DNA of 64,000 nt from Burkholderiales bacterium (GTDB taxonomy: Bacteria; Pseudomonadota; Gammaproteobacteria; Burkholderiales; SG8-39), in assembly GCA_041617635.1 (NCBI GenBank), contig JBFJOO010000005.1:23033-87032 (forward strand), in the 5' to 3' direction. The notes beneath the pieces were generated by a model. That model was not told where the DNA came from. It did no database searches and saw nothing but the letters and a program-made list of their open reading frames with translations. This document shows, piece after piece, positions 62,067 to 64,000 of this stretch; the stretch's first letter is position 1; the number at the start of each line of letters is the position of its first letter. The position numbers were made by a program, and so were the translations under genes.

Positions 62067-62894
62067 TTATTTCTCCCGGCGGCGTCCCGGTCGGAACTGT
62101 CCCACGTCGTCGTAGTAGGCGGGATTCTCGTTTTCCGGCGTCCAGCCCGGAATGCCGAGGATCGGCAACGGCGCGAGGCTCCGCGTCGAGGCGAGCGCAT
62201 CCGGCGCGGCGAAGTATCCGGCGGCGCGCGCGTCGAGCGTGGAATTGAGTGCGTCGGCCGGCTGCGCGATCGCGTCTTCGCCCACGTCCAGGAGCAGCGC
62301 TTTCGCTGTGACGCCGCGGAACGGCGCGAGCGCGTGCTCGAGGATGGCATGGCCGAAGACGTGAAAGCGCATCCGCGCCTGGACGTCCGCGCGGCGGAGC
62401 CAGAAGAGCTCCTTCCACCGAAAATCGCGCAAGAGCGCCGCCAGCGAAGGCTCCGCGCAGGCCACCAGCATGCCGCCCTCGTCGAACAGGGTGAGCACGT
62501 CGCGCGCGGTGCCGCGCAGTGGTTCGCCGTGCCGCTTGCGGAGCTCCTCGTAGTGGCGCCGGTTCAGCGTGGCTTTCGTGTGTGGATACGCGAGCCATGC
62601 GAGCGCATTGAAGAGATCGTGCCAGTTCGACGCGCGCGTCGGCACTTCGCCGGTCTCGAATACGCGCTCTTCGTACGGGCGCTCGACCGTGCTCGCCGGC
62701 GCCCCGACAGCGACGAATCGCAGGGCTTGCCCGCCACCCGTGCTGATGTGACGCTCGATCGCAATGGCGTTCAACGCGTCCAGTGCGGGGAACCCGGACT
62801 CCGGCAGGCGCTCGATTAGCGACCGCACGGCCGCAAACAGGGGCGATACGCGCAGCGCCTCGCGGTCCCAGCGGAGCGCGTCGATTGCCATCAT
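62067..62894 (-). CDS. DUF3025-family protein
   Basis: YEERVFETGEVPTR..NWHDLFNAL.W, TLFDEGG, PLPILGIPGW, downstream of pyrC. Confidence 0.85.
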   Translation of the reverse strand: MMAIDALRWDREALRVSPLFAAVRSLIERLPESGFPALDALNAIAIERHISTGGGQALRFVAVGAPASTVERPYEERVFETGEVPTRASNWHDLFNALAWLAYPHTKATLNRRHYEELRKRHGEPLRGTARDVLTLFDEGGMLVACAEPSLAALLRDFRWKELFWLRRADVQARMRFHVFGHAILEHALAPFRGVTAKALLLDVGEDAIAQPADALNSTLDARAAGYFAAPDALASTRSLAPLPILGIPGWTPENENPAYYDDVGQFRPGRRREK

Positions 62895-62903
62895 CGAATC
62901 ACG

Positions 62904-63938
62904 TCAGAGGAGACGCCAGGCGACCCGCTCGCCGGCGCGCAGCGGCACGAGCGTGTCGCCGCCGTACGCTATGGACGGCGGTACGTCGAAGGGCCGCTTT
63001 TCCAGCGTCACGCGCTCGGTGTTGCGCGGCAGCCGGTAGAAATCCGGACCGTGAAAGCTCGCGAACGCCTCGAGCCGCCCGAGCGCGCCGGCTGCCTCGA
63101 ACGCCTCGGCGTAGAGCTCGATGGCGGCGTGGGCCGTGAAGCAGCCCGCGCAGCCGCATGCGCTTTCCTTCTCGGCGCGGGGATGGGGCGCGCTGTCGGT
63201 GCCGAGAAAGAACTTGCCGCTTCCGCCGGTGGCGGCGCGCAGGAGCGCCATGCGATGCTCCTCGCGCTTCAGCACCGGCAGGCAATACCAGTGCGGCCGC
63301 AGCCCGCCCTGGAAGATCGCGTTCCGGTTGTAGAGGAGGTGGTGCGCCGTAATGGTGGCCGCAATGTTCGGCCCGGCCGATTCCACGAACGCGACCGCAT
63401 CGCGCGTGGTGACGTGCTCGAGAACGATGCGCAACGCCGGGAAGCGCCGCACGATCTCCGCGAGCACCGTGTCGATGAATGCGCGCTCGCGATCGAAGAC
63501 GTCCACTTCGGGCGTCGTCACCTCGCCGTGCAGCAGCAGCGGCAGGCCTGCCCGCTGCATCTGCTCGAGCGCCGGGTAGGCATGCGCGATCCGGGTGACG
63601 CCGGATTCGGAGTTGGTCGTCGCGCCGGCCGGATAGTACTTCACGGCCTGCACGAACCCGCTCGTCCGTGCGCGCTCGATCTCGTCGGGTGTCGTGCTGT
63701 CCGTAAGGTAGAGCGTCATCAGCGGCTCGAATCGAGCGCCCGGCGGCAGCGCCCGGAGAATGCGATCGCGATAAGCGCCCGCCAGCGCCACGGTGGTGAC
63801 GGGCGGCTTGAGGTTCGGCATCACGATCGCCCGCGCGAACTGTCGCGCCGAGTACGGCAGCACGCTCGCCATCGCTGCTCCGTCGCGCAGATGCAGATGC
63901 CAATCGTCAGGGCGAGTCAGGGTGATGCGGTCGGTCAT
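62904..63938 (-). CDS. pyrC: Dihydroorotase
   Basis: [34 protein letters not shown]. Confidence 0.97.
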   Translation of the reverse strand: MTDRITLTRPDDWHLHLRDGAAMASVLPYSARQFARAIVMPNLKPPVTTVALAGAYRDRILRALPPGARFEPLMTLYLTDSTTPDEIERARTSGFVQAVKYYPAGATTNSESGVTRIAHAYPALEQMQRAGLPLLLHGEVTTPEVDVFDRERAFIDTVLAEIVRRFPALRIVLEHVTTRDAVAFVESAGPNIAATITAHHLLYNRNAIFQGGLRPHWYCLPVLKREEHRMALLRAATGGSGKFFLGTDSAPHPRAEKESACGCAGCFTAHAAIELYAEAFEAAGALGRLEAFASFHGPDFYRLPRNTERVTLEKRPFDVPPSIAYGGDTLVPLRAGERVAWRLL

Positions 63939-64000
63939 GGCCCTTTGACGCTCGCAAGCATTGGGTTCATCGTCCGCGGTCCTTTCCGAGCTCGAGCGCA

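Overview
GC-rich (roughly 70%) chromosomal segment of a betaproteobacterium (Burkholderiales-like gene order). It is mostly core genes: folA, dcd, apbC/metG, dnaE, purM/hda-pcnB-folK-panC-panD, tldD-nit-yhdP/glnE-ilvE-waaF-ybiB, rnpB and pyrC. Three accessory blocks stand out. (1) A GlrK-QseG-GlrR-like sigma-54 system has a fully readable adjacent target promoter (TGTC-N10-GACA boxes, IHF-like site, -24/-12), followed by two candidate structured RNAs and a PEP-CTERM gene absent from the ORF track. (2) A six-gene Ni-less hydrogenase-related (Ehr) complex has a divergent RHH regulator and is followed by exported DsrE proteins and an orphan ModA-like binding protein. (3) A seven-gene specialised fatty-acid operon directly downstream of RNase P RNA has an extended ACP, an active plus a Cys-less ketosynthase, and ends in an AcpS-lipid A acyltransferase fusion. 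Block 3 is the best candidate for an undescribed system. No CRISPR array, tRNA, rRNA, transposase or integrase was recognised. All calls are by eye from motifs and gene context, and no database searches were run.
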